Below are positions 1 through 9,048 of a stretch of 52,885 nucleotides of DNA, in pieces (position 1 is the stretch's first letter; each line of letters opens with the position of its first letter). Both the position numbers and the translations under genes were made by a program. The DNA is from a virus (lineage: Duplodnaviria; Caudoviricetes). The stretch lies in the IMG/VR virus record IMGVR_UViG_3300011114_000575, positions 1 to 52,885 of that record. The stretch is one strand, 5' to 3'. The notes beneath the pieces are model-generated. The model did no database searches and was not told the origin of the DNA. It saw only the letters and a program-made list of their open reading frames with translations.

Positions 1-208
1 GATTAACAGCCATTGTTCAGCCCTCCGATCACGAAATGCCAGTCGGGCCAGCGCCATTAGAGCGCCAAACCTCGTTGTTAAGGCCGACGATCACCTGCGG
101 GAAGTTCGTGCTGGGATCGGTGCCGTTCGCGCCGGGCGGGGAGAAGTCGTAATCAACGATGACAAACGGCGAAGTTACCGCCGTCGCAACAGCGTCGAGA
201 TACGCGCC
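1..208. repeat. Terminal direct repeat / circular overlap, copy 1
   Basis: Matches 52678-52885 except position 82 (G) versus 52759 (A). Confidence 0.97.
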
Positions 209-685
209 AGAGGTGCCAGTGGCAGCATTGCCGGCGCCCAGGTTGCAGGTGACATACCGGCCAATCGGCAGGCTAGAAATCACCGCAGGGGTCGCGCTGG
301 CGTTGAAGAAGCTGGAACCAGTGGCCTGGACAATGAAGCGGGCATTCGGGTTGTCGATGATGTAAGCCTCGACATCCTGAAGAGTGTTCGCGTCGGAACC
401 CGGCCAGTAGCGGCTCCAAACCACGCGCTTCTGCGAGACCGACAGATACTTGCAGCCGACAAAGATGCCAGCGCAGGCAACAGTGCCGCTGTAGGTGGCG
501 TTCTGAGCGGCGGCATTGGTGATGTAGCCCGTCACAGAGCTAGTCACGGGGACCACCGGGTCGCCCCAGTAGATCGGATTGGTGTTCGACGGCGCAATGC
601 GTCGAACAGACTGCGAAAAGGTCGGCGCAGCACCGGCGCCACCGTAATACTCAAGGAAACCAAAGGGAGCCGAAGTGTTCGGCAT
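29..685 (-). CDS. Putative capsid decoration / minor head protein
   Basis: 218 aa, immediately upstream of the major capsid gene across the junction; GAGGAG RBS; beta-rich, N-terminus MPNTSAPFGF. Confidence 0.65.
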   Translation of the reverse strand: MPNTSAPFGFLEYYGGAGAAPTFSQSVRRIAPSNTNPIYWGDPVVPVTSSVTGYITNAAAQNATYSGTVACAGIFVGCKYLSVSQKRVVWSRYWPGSDANTLQDVEAYIIDNPNARFIVQATGSSFFNASATPAVISSLPIGRYVTCNLGAGNAATGTSGAYLDAVATAVTSPFVIVDYDFSPPGANGTDPSTNFPQVIVGLNNEVWRSNGAGPTGIS

Positions 686-704
686 GGGATTGCTCCTCTG
701 TGCT

Positions 705-810
705 GGTTTGCTGTCGCGCGCCGAGGCGACTTAAACCGGGGGGATCAGAAAGCCTCCCACGCCGGGGGGAGGAGCGTCATGACCTATAGACAGAAAAAGG
801 CAGAAGTAAA
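705..810 (-). promoter_or_regulatory. Putative late promoter (TTTACT-N16-TATAGG) and structured 5' leader with two hairpins sharing loop CYCGGCGY
   Basis: -35 at 810-805, -10 at 788-783; hairpins at 772-753 and 730-713, the latter extended by GGTTT/AAACC. Confidence 0.5.
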
Positions 811-827
811 GGGGTTTTTACACCCCT
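810..827 (-). terminator. Possible hairpin terminator after 838..1506
   Basis: AGGGGT/ACCCCT stem followed by a pyrimidine-rich tract on the minus strand. Confidence 0.4.
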
Positions 828-837
828 CTACACATTT

Positions 838-1506
838 TCAATCATTAGGAATCGGAATGGCTTCATAGCCCTTCTTGATTTTGGCCTGAACCTCACGATG
901 GTCGCGGCCAAATTGTCCATCAGGGCTCTGATTGAGAGATTGCTCCCTGATCTTAACCTGATCGCGAGCCTTCTTCTTCTCAGCGTTTTCAAATCGTTCG
1001 CTGATAACCTTCGGGCGAGCCATCAACACCATGCCATCACGCTCAATGACAGGGTAATTGCCGCTCGGCATCATGGTCGGGTGACGTTCCGTAGGCACGG
1101 GCTCCCATCCAGTGCGCGCCAGAGACACCTGATAGGCAGGGTCTTCCATGCCATAAACGGTCTTGCGCTTCCAATTGTAGTCCCAACCGTCAGGAATCAT
1201 CCTTTGGTCAATATAGAACTTGTCACTGCCCTCATCGACGCTGCCACCGATGGCGCCCATAATCTCGGCGGCTCGCTTGGCAGCAAGTTCACGCGAGTTT
1301 TCAGGGCGAAGGGCAGGACGCTGGTCTGGACGACGCGGAACAGGCTGCGCAGCAGGCTCCGGGTCAATGCCTTGCTCTAATTCATTCACTGCCCTAGTGA
1401 TGGCAGCAATATCATTTGGCACTTCAAGAGGAACATCACTGTCAATACTGATTGCAGACGGCCTAAGGCTAGGGCGACCGGGGCGCTGGGGCGAATAACC
1501 GCTCAT
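838..1506 (-). CDS. Head-module hypothetical protein
   Basis: 222 aa between scaffold and capsid genes; globular core MIPDGWDYNWKR...GWEPVP...GMVLMARP. Confidence 0.75.
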   Translation of the reverse strand: MSGYSPQRPGRPSLRPSAISIDSDVPLEVPNDIAAITRAVNELEQGIDPEPAAQPVPRRPDQRPALRPENSRELAAKRAAEIMGAIGGSVDEGSDKFYIDQRMIPDGWDYNWKRKTVYGMEDPAYQVSLARTGWEPVPTERHPTMMPSGNYPVIERDGMVLMARPKVISERFENAEKKKARDQVKIREQSLNQSPDGQFGRDHREVQAKIKKGYEAIPIPND

Positions 1507-1517
1507 TTTTGCTTCTC

Positions 1518-2414
1518 CTAATGAATTTTGCCAGCCTTGCGGAGTTCCACAAGGTTTTTGGCGTATTCAGTATCCGTCATGCCCATCATTTGGGCCATTT
1601 CGCGCTGTTCTGGCGTCAACCTGACGACATTGGAGCGCGTTCCAGCGGCAGTTCCGCTTCGACTGACCGGGGCCGCCGGCGGCATCGACTGACGCTGCGC
1701 ACCGGATGACGCGGCAGACATGGGAGAATCAGCCGGAGATTCATATCGCTGCGACGAAATGCCCAAAATGCTCTCAATAGCTGAAAAATACTCGTCGGTG
1801 TCAGCCTTGATGTCGTCCGCAACGACCAGATCATGCGCCGCGATCATCTTCCGAGTCAGACGCGGATTGTGGACACACTCGGGATGGCGCCTAATCCAGT
1901 CAGCGGAACGCGGGGTAAGCGTCGCCACGAAGGCTTCGACGGGATCGGAAGGTGCCTGATAAACCGGAGGAGGCTCGCGCTTGGGGGCGGCTTCCATGCT
2001 GGCCTTGCCATTCTCCAACTGAAGGAGCTTGGCAATATTGGAGGACATGCCTTCCTGAATCTCGGCGGCCGATTCGTAGTCACCAGACGCCAGCGCCGCC
2101 CGGTAATTGCCCTTCAGGATGTCGTTCTCACGCCGCAGGGTGCCAATGGCGTTGTTGATGAGGTGGAGATTGCTATCCTCAACCTCACCACGGGCGCTGT
2201 GCGCCTGCTGGGCGGCCTCATTGGCGCGATGTTCAGCCTCCAGGCGAAGGCGCTTCTCTGCCTCAAGCTGGCGCCGCAGCGTCTCAATGCCATCTTCCGG
2301 CGCGATAACCGGACGAGGCTTCTCTTCCGCCTTCTCAACCTTGATTTCAGGCTCTTGAGCTACGGGGTCGGCGGGCTCAACAACAATATCAAGCTCTTCC
2401 TTGCTTCCTGACAT
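1518..2414 (-). CDS. Putative capsid scaffolding protein
   Basis: 298 aa; acidic N-terminus, coiled-coil middle, C-terminal helix pair (LTPEQREMAQMMGMTDTEYAK); head-module position. Confidence 0.7.
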   Translation of the reverse strand: MSGSKEELDIVVEPADPVAQEPEIKVEKAEEKPRPVIAPEDGIETLRRQLEAEKRLRLEAEHRANEAAQQAHSARGEVEDSNLHLINNAIGTLRRENDILKGNYRAALASGDYESAAEIQEGMSSNIAKLLQLENGKASMEAAPKREPPPVYQAPSDPVEAFVATLTPRSADWIRRHPECVHNPRLTRKMIAAHDLVVADDIKADTDEYFSAIESILGISSQRYESPADSPMSAASSGAQRQSMPPAAPVSRSGTAAGTRSNVVRLTPEQREMAQMMGMTDTEYAKNLVELRKAGKIH

Positions 2415-2424
2415 GATCTAGCCC

Positions 2425-2817
2425 TCACCAAACTTGGTCGGGCTGATCGACGCGCCCGCGAATAGCATGATCGTCAATGATGCGGCAAAGAACGCCGTTG
2501 ACAGTTACGCTCCAGCCATCAGAAGGGCGGAACAGAACCCAATCGTCTTCATTAATTTGAACGTCTGAAAACCACTGATTTTCTGGGTCAACAAAAGCAG
2601 TCGCACCCTTTTTAAGAACAAGACCAATCTTGCCCTGATACTTATCCTCATTTGTGGTTTGATCGGTAAGATAGATACCGCTTTTTGTCTTAGAGGGGCG
2701 GATATAAACCCCAACAAGAACCTGATTGTTGAAAATTTCAACCTTACTTAAATCGCCAACGTCACCCTTTAGCTTCTTCTTCGGGTCAACGTCGTGTTGC
2801 ATTAGCATAAGCGTCAC
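2425..2817 (-). CDS. groES: Co-chaperonin GroES (Cpn10)
   Basis: NQVLV...SKTKSGIYL mobile loop, G-x-VL-x-x-G, DWVLF and CRIIDD motifs. Confidence 0.85.
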   Translation of the reverse strand: MTLMLMQHDVDPKKKLKGDVGDLSKVEIFNNQVLVGVYIRPSKTKSGIYLTDQTTNEDKYQGKIGLVLKKGATAFVDPENQWFSDVQINEDDWVLFRPSDGWSVTVNGVLCRIIDDHAIRGRVDQPDQVW

Positions 2818-2832
2818 AAAAAACCTCCACTG

Positions 2833-3042
2833 TTACATTCTTTCGCATATAAAATTAGCCTCATCAATTATCGAAGATGATTCAATGAGACCTTGAATAC
2901 GTCCCGCTGTTTTTTTGTAATCCTCCAACGACAAATGACCGGCGGCCATGTCATCTTTAAGAGCGTTCACACGCTCGTCAACCAATTTCTTGAATTGTTC
3001 AGCAAGTTTTTTGTTAAATGTGAGCATGCGATGATCTTTCAA
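2833..3042 (-). CDS. Small hypothetical protein
   Basis: Helical ORF (LSLEDYKKTAGRIQGL) upstream of groES; the true start may be ATG at 3027. Confidence 0.65.
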   Translation of the reverse strand: MKDHRMLTFNKKLAEQFKKLVDERVNALKDDMAAGHLSLEDYKKTAGRIQGLIESSSIIDEANFICERM

Positions 3043-3054
3043 GAGCTTGCGGTT

Positions 3055-3119
3055 GAGACGGAGGCATTGGGAGGGGCAATACCCCCGTCTCTACCGCAGC
3101 TATAGGCGCCCGCTACGGT
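3055..3119 (-). promoter_or_regulatory. Two intergenic hairpins, one with a 15-bp stem and CCCCUCC loop
   Basis: GAGACGGGGGTATTG-CCCCTCC-CAATGCCTCCGTCTC (3091-3055) and ACCGTAGC/GCTGCGGT (3119-3093). Confidence 0.5.
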
Positions 3120-3143
3120 AACTTAAGTCGGAAGAAGTGTTGG

Positions 3144-4646
3144 CTACTTCCGACGTTCAATCTCCGTCTTCTCCAGACGACCGAGGCCGCTGCCAGCGCC
3201 AGCATCCATGTCCTTGTAGGAGCGATAGACGCGGCCACCAGCCTTGCGGCCCATCGGCCCGGCAGGAGGCATCTGCGGAGGAGGCATCGGCATGCCGCCA
3301 CCCATCGGGGGCATCGGCATCGGTGCAGCCACAGGAGGCATCACAGAGGCCTGACGAGGCATGACAGCCGGGGCGGCACCAGGACCGCCCAGACCGCCGG
3401 GCACGCCAGACTGACCCGCCGCGCCATCCACGGCAGGACGGCCCGCCGAGATGATGATGTTGACGTTCGTCTTGCCCTTGTTGGCGCGACCGCCAGTAGC
3501 GCGGGCCATGCGGCCACCATGCTGCGGACGCTCGCCGCCGATGTCGCCAATCTTGCCACCTTCGGCACGGCCAGAGACATCATCCTCGTAAATCGGCCTA
3601 CGAGTATAGCGCGAGGCGCCATACGCGTTGTCCTTCTTGTCGCGGAAGCTAGAGGCAGCAGCGCCGCTCTTGAACTTGCCGACAACATCCCCCGTATGCC
3701 GATCAATGACATGATACATAGACGGGGACTTGATTTCAGAAGAACCACCTTCGGCCTTGCCCATCCTGCCGCCAGAGCACTTGTGGCACCGGCAGCCGGC
3801 GCCATGGTCGGCCTTGCCGCCGTCCTTGCGCTTGGCAGCCGCACGCTGAAGTTCGCGGAAACGGGCCACATCAGGCTCTTCCGGAGGCCGCGTGACCGAA
3901 GTTTGGCGCGCGGGCACCGGCTCTGTGCGGCCAGCAATCAAACTACCAGGGTCGTTTACTTCACCGCCATCAGCCCGGTTACGCAGAAGCGCGTGGATCA
4001 TCGCGGCTTCACGCTTCTTGATCTTGCGACCGGAGCGATTGGAGCTACCAATGGCCTGATTGACAGCGTCTTCATTGTAACGCGGCCCCATATCAGGCTG
4101 CGGGCGAGGCATGCGACGCGCCGGAGGCATCGGCATGTTCTGTTCGTCAAAGATTTCGCCGCCATCCGCCTTGTGCTTGCGCATGGCCTTGTGGGCGCCT
4201 GCTTCGCCACCATGCTTCTTGCCGGTCAGCGCGGCACCCTTGACCATCTTCCTGACCAGGGCGCGGTCGGCAACAATGTCGTCGTGCTTAGGCGCGCCGC
4301 CATGCTTGTAGCCACCAACATGCGCCGTGCCGCCAGACCGCTCGCGATTGGCTTCCTTGCTGTCGCGGTTGATGTAGTTGTTGGGCGTCAGCGCCTTACC
4401 GCCGGCATTGCGCGGCTTGCGACCGGCGTGCTGATGCGCCTGCTCACCCTCAACGTGCAGCACCTTGCCGCCACGCTTGAAGGCGCGCTTGGAGACGGGG
4501 CGCATGCCAGTCTTGGCGCCGCTGTTCACCATCTCCGGGGGCGTCCACGACGAGGCGTCAACGTGCGCCTTCGGGTCGCCTGCGTCGCCCATACGCTTGG
4601 CCTTCGCCTTCATCGCCGCTCGCGCGGACTTGGCATCCTCAGACAT
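3144..4646 (-). CDS. Basic, low-complexity head-associated protein with about 11 xAxGG/xKxGG motifs
   Basis: 500 aa; FKRGG, RNAGG, YKHGG, KKHGG, KADGG, RADGG, RKDGG, KAEGG, RAEGG, RATGG, RKAGG; lies between portal and scaffold. Confidence 0.8.
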   Translation of the reverse strand: MSEDAKSARAAMKAKAKRMGDAGDPKAHVDASSWTPPEMVNSGAKTGMRPVSKRAFKRGGKVLHVEGEQAHQHAGRKPRNAGGKALTPNNYINRDSKEANRERSGGTAHVGGYKHGGAPKHDDIVADRALVRKMVKGAALTGKKHGGEAGAHKAMRKHKADGGEIFDEQNMPMPPARRMPRPQPDMGPRYNEDAVNQAIGSSNRSGRKIKKREAAMIHALLRNRADGGEVNDPGSLIAGRTEPVPARQTSVTRPPEEPDVARFRELQRAAAKRKDGGKADHGAGCRCHKCSGGRMGKAEGGSSEIKSPSMYHVIDRHTGDVVGKFKSGAAASSFRDKKDNAYGASRYTRRPIYEDDVSGRAEGGKIGDIGGERPQHGGRMARATGGRANKGKTNVNIIISAGRPAVDGAAGQSGVPGGLGGPGAAPAVMPRQASVMPPVAAPMPMPPMGGGMPMPPPQMPPAGPMGRKAGGRVYRSYKDMDAGAGSGLGRLEKTEIERRK

Positions 4647-4666
4647 TGGCAGAAGTCTCCATGGAG

Positions 4667-6484
4667 TTACGGGCGTCCCCGTGTGTGCTGACGACCGGGC
4701 AGCGCGGCGTGGCGAGTGAGGGATAAGGCGTGGTCGACAACGGAACCGCCACCCATTGGCAGACCAATTTCTGCCATGGCCTGGGCGAGAGGATGGTTGT
4801 GGGCAGGGTCTTCAATGGCACCGCCGGTAGCAGCATGGCGCATGGCGTTGATAACGTCTTGGTGCGTCGTCTGTTCGTCGCCGACCTTGTCCCAAACAGC
4901 ATGGTGGGTAAGGTGCTGGTAGTATGGCTCCATGCCCTCAGGCGTTTTCAAGCCCATAGCCTCCTGCCGGGCAGCAAGGCGGTCGACAGCTTCACTGCCG
5001 GCGCGTGCGAGGGGTTTCTTGGCCTCTGAGGTAGGATTGCCGGTGTGCAGGACAATCTGACGCGCATCGAGCGTAGGCTGGTCTCCACGTCCAAGTAGAG
5101 ACCCCATAAACCCAGCCTTTGCGCTGCCGATGCCATGAACGCCACCAATAAAATTGCGCCACTCTTCGGGACTGCTTTTGCTCTGCATCGCACGAGCAAC
5201 CATATCAGACACAGCTTTCGCATGCTGAGGAAGGTTTTGGGCTGCCCACGGAAGTGCCTTTGCTTCAGTAGACAGACCAAATACCTTCATGACATTGGCA
5301 GCGTCTGCAATGGATTCGTGGTCGACAATACCCTGCTCGGCGGCGTCAAGATAACGGCGCCCCATAGGAGAATGCAGCCACTCACCAAAAGCCCCTTCAG
5401 GACGAACGCTGCCATTAAAATCATGAGGAATTGGCACGCCCGACGCGCGAGCCTTATCAGCAGACCTAGATTCGCGCTGAATGCTGGATCGAGTGATTGT
5501 ATATGCCTTAATGAGGTCGCGAGGGGTTAAGCCATGCGTTGCGGCCCGACGCGCTGTCTCATCCATGAACTGGCCAAAGTTGACAACATGCGACGGGATT
5601 TCGCGTAAATCCCCAAGCTGTTCCTGCACTTCGCCAAGGGGTCGCCAATCCCATCCAGCCATCTTGCGGCTTTCAGGGTCTTTGTAGGCCTCGCCTCCAT
5701 CCGCACGATGAATGCGACCACCACGGGCGGCAGCATCACTATCACCATAACCACCGCCAAGGGGGCCGGCAGCGGCAGCGGCAGCGGCTGCCATCTCGGC
5801 GGTGCCGCCGGTCGGAGCCCCACCGCCATTAGGGTGCCAACGGTCCCCACTGCCACCCTGGCCTTCCTCAAGAGGATTGTCTGGGAGATTGTAGGAGGAC
5901 GCATTGAACGTCGGCGCGGGGATGGACGGGCCGATGTATTTCGATTCCAGAGGCTTACTTGACCCCGTGTAGGTGGTGGGGCGCGACGCCAGTATAGCCG
6001 CCATAGTGGCCTTGGACGGGGCGAGGTTCAGCGTTTCAGGCGACGGCAGGCCGGTGAAGGCGCCAGCAGCCGGGGCGAAGTTGATGGGGGCGCCAGTGGC
6101 CGAAGCAAAGCCAGCAGGACTGCCACCAAACGCATAGCCGCCACGGTTCATCATCTTGAGGGCGCGGTCGACAACGTTGCCGTGATCCCCCGCCACCCAC
6201 GCATCAGGCGTCTGGTGATAGACGGACATCCAATCATCATGCAGCTTGCTCGGCGCGATGCCATGCTCATGGCTAATGCGCTTCATGATGCCATCAATAG
6301 CCGCATACTGCGTGCGCCCCTTCATGCTTCGCAGTTCATCGCGATGCATCTTCAGGAGGTGTTTTAGTTCTGCAACGGCAGGATTGTGCGGCGTGTGCTT
6401 TGTAATGTTACCACGATTAGGTAAATTCTTGTGGCGAGCAACATGAAGCGCCGCACGGGCGGCTTTCTTGGGATCAGCGGTCAC
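4667..6484 (-). CDS. Multidomain virion-associated protein with an HhH-GPD DNA-glycosylase-like domain
   Basis: 605 aa, stop/start overlap with portal; VHGIGSAKAGFMGSLLGRGDQPTLDAR resembles the HhH plus catalytic Asp region, and HHAVWD is C-terminal; xAxGG motifs flank the domain. Confidence 0.6.
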   Translation of the reverse strand: MTADPKKAARAALHVARHKNLPNRGNITKHTPHNPAVAELKHLLKMHRDELRSMKGRTQYAAIDGIMKRISHEHGIAPSKLHDDWMSVYHQTPDAWVAGDHGNVVDRALKMMNRGGYAFGGSPAGFASATGAPINFAPAAGAFTGLPSPETLNLAPSKATMAAILASRPTTYTGSSKPLESKYIGPSIPAPTFNASSYNLPDNPLEEGQGGSGDRWHPNGGGAPTGGTAEMAAAAAAAAGPLGGGYGDSDAAARGGRIHRADGGEAYKDPESRKMAGWDWRPLGEVQEQLGDLREIPSHVVNFGQFMDETARRAATHGLTPRDLIKAYTITRSSIQRESRSADKARASGVPIPHDFNGSVRPEGAFGEWLHSPMGRRYLDAAEQGIVDHESIADAANVMKVFGLSTEAKALPWAAQNLPQHAKAVSDMVARAMQSKSSPEEWRNFIGGVHGIGSAKAGFMGSLLGRGDQPTLDARQIVLHTGNPTSEAKKPLARAGSEAVDRLAARQEAMGLKTPEGMEPYYQHLTHHAVWDKVGDEQTTHQDVINAMRHAATGGAIEDPAHNHPLAQAMAEIGLPMGGGSVVDHALSLTRHAALPGRQHTRGRP

Positions 6485-8820
6485 TGCACGCCTCCGGGAG
6501 CGCGAGGGTTGCCCAGGCCGGGCAGAGGGCGTCGCCTGGAGGCGTCCAAGGCAGCCTGACGGCTCTGCACGCTCTCAAACGACGGACGCACCAGAGGCTC
6601 TACCAGAGCGGCGCTGTAGGGATGCACAGCGAGGTTCTGGGCGAGGTCCACAAGCTGAATGCGTTCCTTGGCCAGCTTGTCGTCCAACTGCGCGTCAACC
6701 TGCTCACCGGCAATACTGGCGTCGGTCTCGACCTTGTGCGCATCAAGCTGCGCCTTGGCCACGCCCAGGTGCGCGTCGGTCGACAGCTTCTGCATACCAA
6801 TCTGGATATCGGCCTGCGCCTTCTGCGCCTTCGTCTGGGCGTCCAGCATGCGCGCCTGCGCCGTGATGTCCTTCGCCTTGGCGTCGGCCTGCATCTTCAT
6901 CATCTCAGGCGGCGGCGCACCCTGCGCATTCGGCGGCGCCATGAACTGCGACGGATTGCTCCAGCCAATCGCCTGAAGGGCGGCAGTATCAACGGCAATC
7001 GGATCGTAGAGGCCGGGCTGGGCGGCCTGTAGCTGCTTCAGGGCCATGATCTTCATGAGGCGCTGCGCATGCGACGCGGTGTTGGGATCGGCCTGGGGCG
7101 TCAACTCATAGTTATTAAGGGCTTGCAGGAAGACCTGCTCATCCCACGGGTAAGCCGGCGCCCTGTTCCTCTGCCAAAAGCTCTCAGGATTGTCGCGGAA
7201 GCACTTAATAAGTAACCGGAACTCCTGCGCCTGAGCGGCATGCATGCGCTTGTGAACGCTATTGAGAATCTTGGCGGCCTGCTCGATCATGGCCAACGTC
7301 GTGCCGACTGGCGCGTCAGCGCGACCCTCGCCCGTCTGCATCTCGGACACGCCGCCAATGCGCTGCCCGGTCTGGGCGATGTTTTCAACCAACGACATCA
7401 GCGCAGGAGACGGGTCTTTGTAGGGCAGTGGCATGATCGCCTGATTGATCGGCAACCCGCCCGTCTTGACCAACGCGCCACCACCCGGCGGCACGCGGAA
7501 GATGTTGGTATTTTGGCGGGCGCCAACATCCGACATCAGGAAGCCGGGGAAGTTGGCATACATGCCGGCATCGAGCAGTTCACGCCACGCGGCTGTGATG
7601 GCGTTCGTCGTGTTGCCCAAAATATGCAGCAAACCAATGTCATAAAAACCAAAGCCGGGAATGAACGTATACTTGACGAACGTTTCCTTGGCTTCGGGCA
7701 GTTCGCTTTGGTCTTTGTCGTAATTCCTAGTGATAGAAAGAATGTTCTTGGACGATACATCAATCGTCACCCGATAAGGAATCTCAAGACCGCTCTGCTT
7801 GCCCTTGTGCTTGTGTTCAAAGCCCAGGATATCGAGTTCGCAGTAGCACTCGTAGATTTCGCGGTCACGGTCCTCTGGGCGATGGGCATCAACGCTAATG
7901 CCTTCAACGTCCTTCTTTTCTTGATCGAGCGAGTTTGTCTTTGCGGCGCTGGGCGTGCTGAGGTTGATATCCTGATAGACGCCCAGAATTTGCAGGCGCT
8001 TCACTGTGCTAGGCTTCATGTATACGCGATGCGTAATACGCTTGGCGTTTGCAAGATCAGTGGCGGTATTGTTTACGATCAAATCGTTGGCGTCTACGGT
8101 TTCGCTCACGGGGCGATTGCGTAGAGGGCAGTAATACACCTTCTTAAACTGCGTCCCTCCAAAGCCCAGCATCAACAGCATGCGGTCAGTGTCGGGGTAG
8201 TATTCGCTGGCAGTCACGGTCAGGTAGTGGTTGAGGTCACGCTCAAGGGCGTCGGCCAGACGGTCCTCAGCGGCCGTGGCGTCGTTGTCGTCGTTCCTGA
8301 TCTTGACCGGCCCGTCAGTCGGAAGGAGTTCGGCGCGGGCATTGGCCTGGAAGCGCAGGACCGCCTCCAGCAGCAGAGGGTGACGAACGCGGCTGATGCC
8401 TTCGACCGGCGCGCCGTCTGCGCTGCCGCCAAGGCCAGGAATGTCCAGCTTCAGGCCGAGCAGGCGCACGCCATTGGCGCGATCCTCAACCCAGTCCTTG
8501 CGGCTGTCGATGTCGGCCTCGATGCTGCGGACGAGGTCGTCGGCAATGCGCGACAACTCTACAGCCTCAATGTCGTCAACGAGGTTGTCGAACCATCCAC
8601 GCGGACCACGCGATGCCGCGCTCTCCAGAGGGCTGCCGTCGATGGAGACGGTGACGCTGCCGTCGCCATGCTCAATCGACAAGATGTTGCCTTTGGCGTC
8701 GGTCATGCCCTGGTCTGGCGCGTCCTCCGCGACCTCCACCATGATGTCGCCCTCCAGCAACTCAGCTTGAGGCGGGGCGGGCTGCCGCAGAGACGGGCTC
8801 AAACCAGGGACGAGCGGCAT
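6481..8820 (-). CDS. Portal protein
   Basis: 779 aa downstream of terL; HPLLLEAVLRFQA...ELLP..GPVK, FKKVYY, PGFGFYDIG and GTTLAMIEQ motifs; Gln/Ala-rich C-terminal barrel. Confidence 0.9.
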   Translation of the reverse strand: MPLVPGLSPSLRQPAPPQAELLEGDIMVEVAEDAPDQGMTDAKGNILSIEHGDGSVTVSIDGSPLESAASRGPRGWFDNLVDDIEAVELSRIADDLVRSIEADIDSRKDWVEDRANGVRLLGLKLDIPGLGGSADGAPVEGISRVRHPLLLEAVLRFQANARAELLPTDGPVKIRNDDNDATAAEDRLADALERDLNHYLTVTASEYYPDTDRMLLMLGFGGTQFKKVYYCPLRNRPVSETVDANDLIVNNTATDLANAKRITHRVYMKPSTVKRLQILGVYQDINLSTPSAAKTNSLDQEKKDVEGISVDAHRPEDRDREIYECYCELDILGFEHKHKGKQSGLEIPYRVTIDVSSKNILSITRNYDKDQSELPEAKETFVKYTFIPGFGFYDIGLLHILGNTTNAITAAWRELLDAGMYANFPGFLMSDVGARQNTNIFRVPPGGGALVKTGGLPINQAIMPLPYKDPSPALMSLVENIAQTGQRIGGVSEMQTGEGRADAPVGTTLAMIEQAAKILNSVHKRMHAAQAQEFRLLIKCFRDNPESFWQRNRAPAYPWDEQVFLQALNNYELTPQADPNTASHAQRLMKIMALKQLQAAQPGLYDPIAVDTAALQAIGWSNPSQFMAPPNAQGAPPPEMMKMQADAKAKDITAQARMLDAQTKAQKAQADIQIGMQKLSTDAHLGVAKAQLDAHKVETDASIAGEQVDAQLDDKLAKERIQLVDLAQNLAVHPYSAALVEPLVRPSFESVQSRQAALDASRRRPLPGLGNPRAPGGVQ

Positions 8821-8823
8821 CGA

Positions 8824-9042
8824 CTACCCTTTGCTTTCAGCCTCCAGGCGCCTGACGTCGATTGCAAATCGCCGCACAGCCTCTTGGCGAGCAATTGTAT
8901 CACTCTTGGCTGATAGGGTATAGATCTTGACATAGTCAAGCGGTTCCTGGCCGACGACCTCAACTTCATATAAATTTAGGCCAGGGGCTCCGCCGTCGAC
9001 GCCACGGATCAAATTGATAAAAACATCAGGCTCTTCAGTCAT
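8824..9042 (-). CDS. Hypothetical protein
   Basis: 72-aa ORF filling the terL-portal gap, co-oriented. Confidence 0.65.
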   Translation of the reverse strand: MTEEPDVFINLIRGVDGGAPGLNLYEVEVVGQEPLDYVKIYTLSAKSDTIARQEAVRRFAIDVRRLEAESKG

Positions 9043-9048
9043 TTCTCA

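Noticed and set aside
1-208. Biological fixed terminal repeat (T7-like)
   Set aside because: It lies within a structural gene and operon; more simply an assembly overlap. Read data are needed to determine the real termini.
3519-4691. 390-aa plus-strand ORF (likewise 7240..8124, 23366..24163, 36065..37054, 45342..46199)
   Set aside because: Antisense shadows of well-supported genes in strand-coherent operons.
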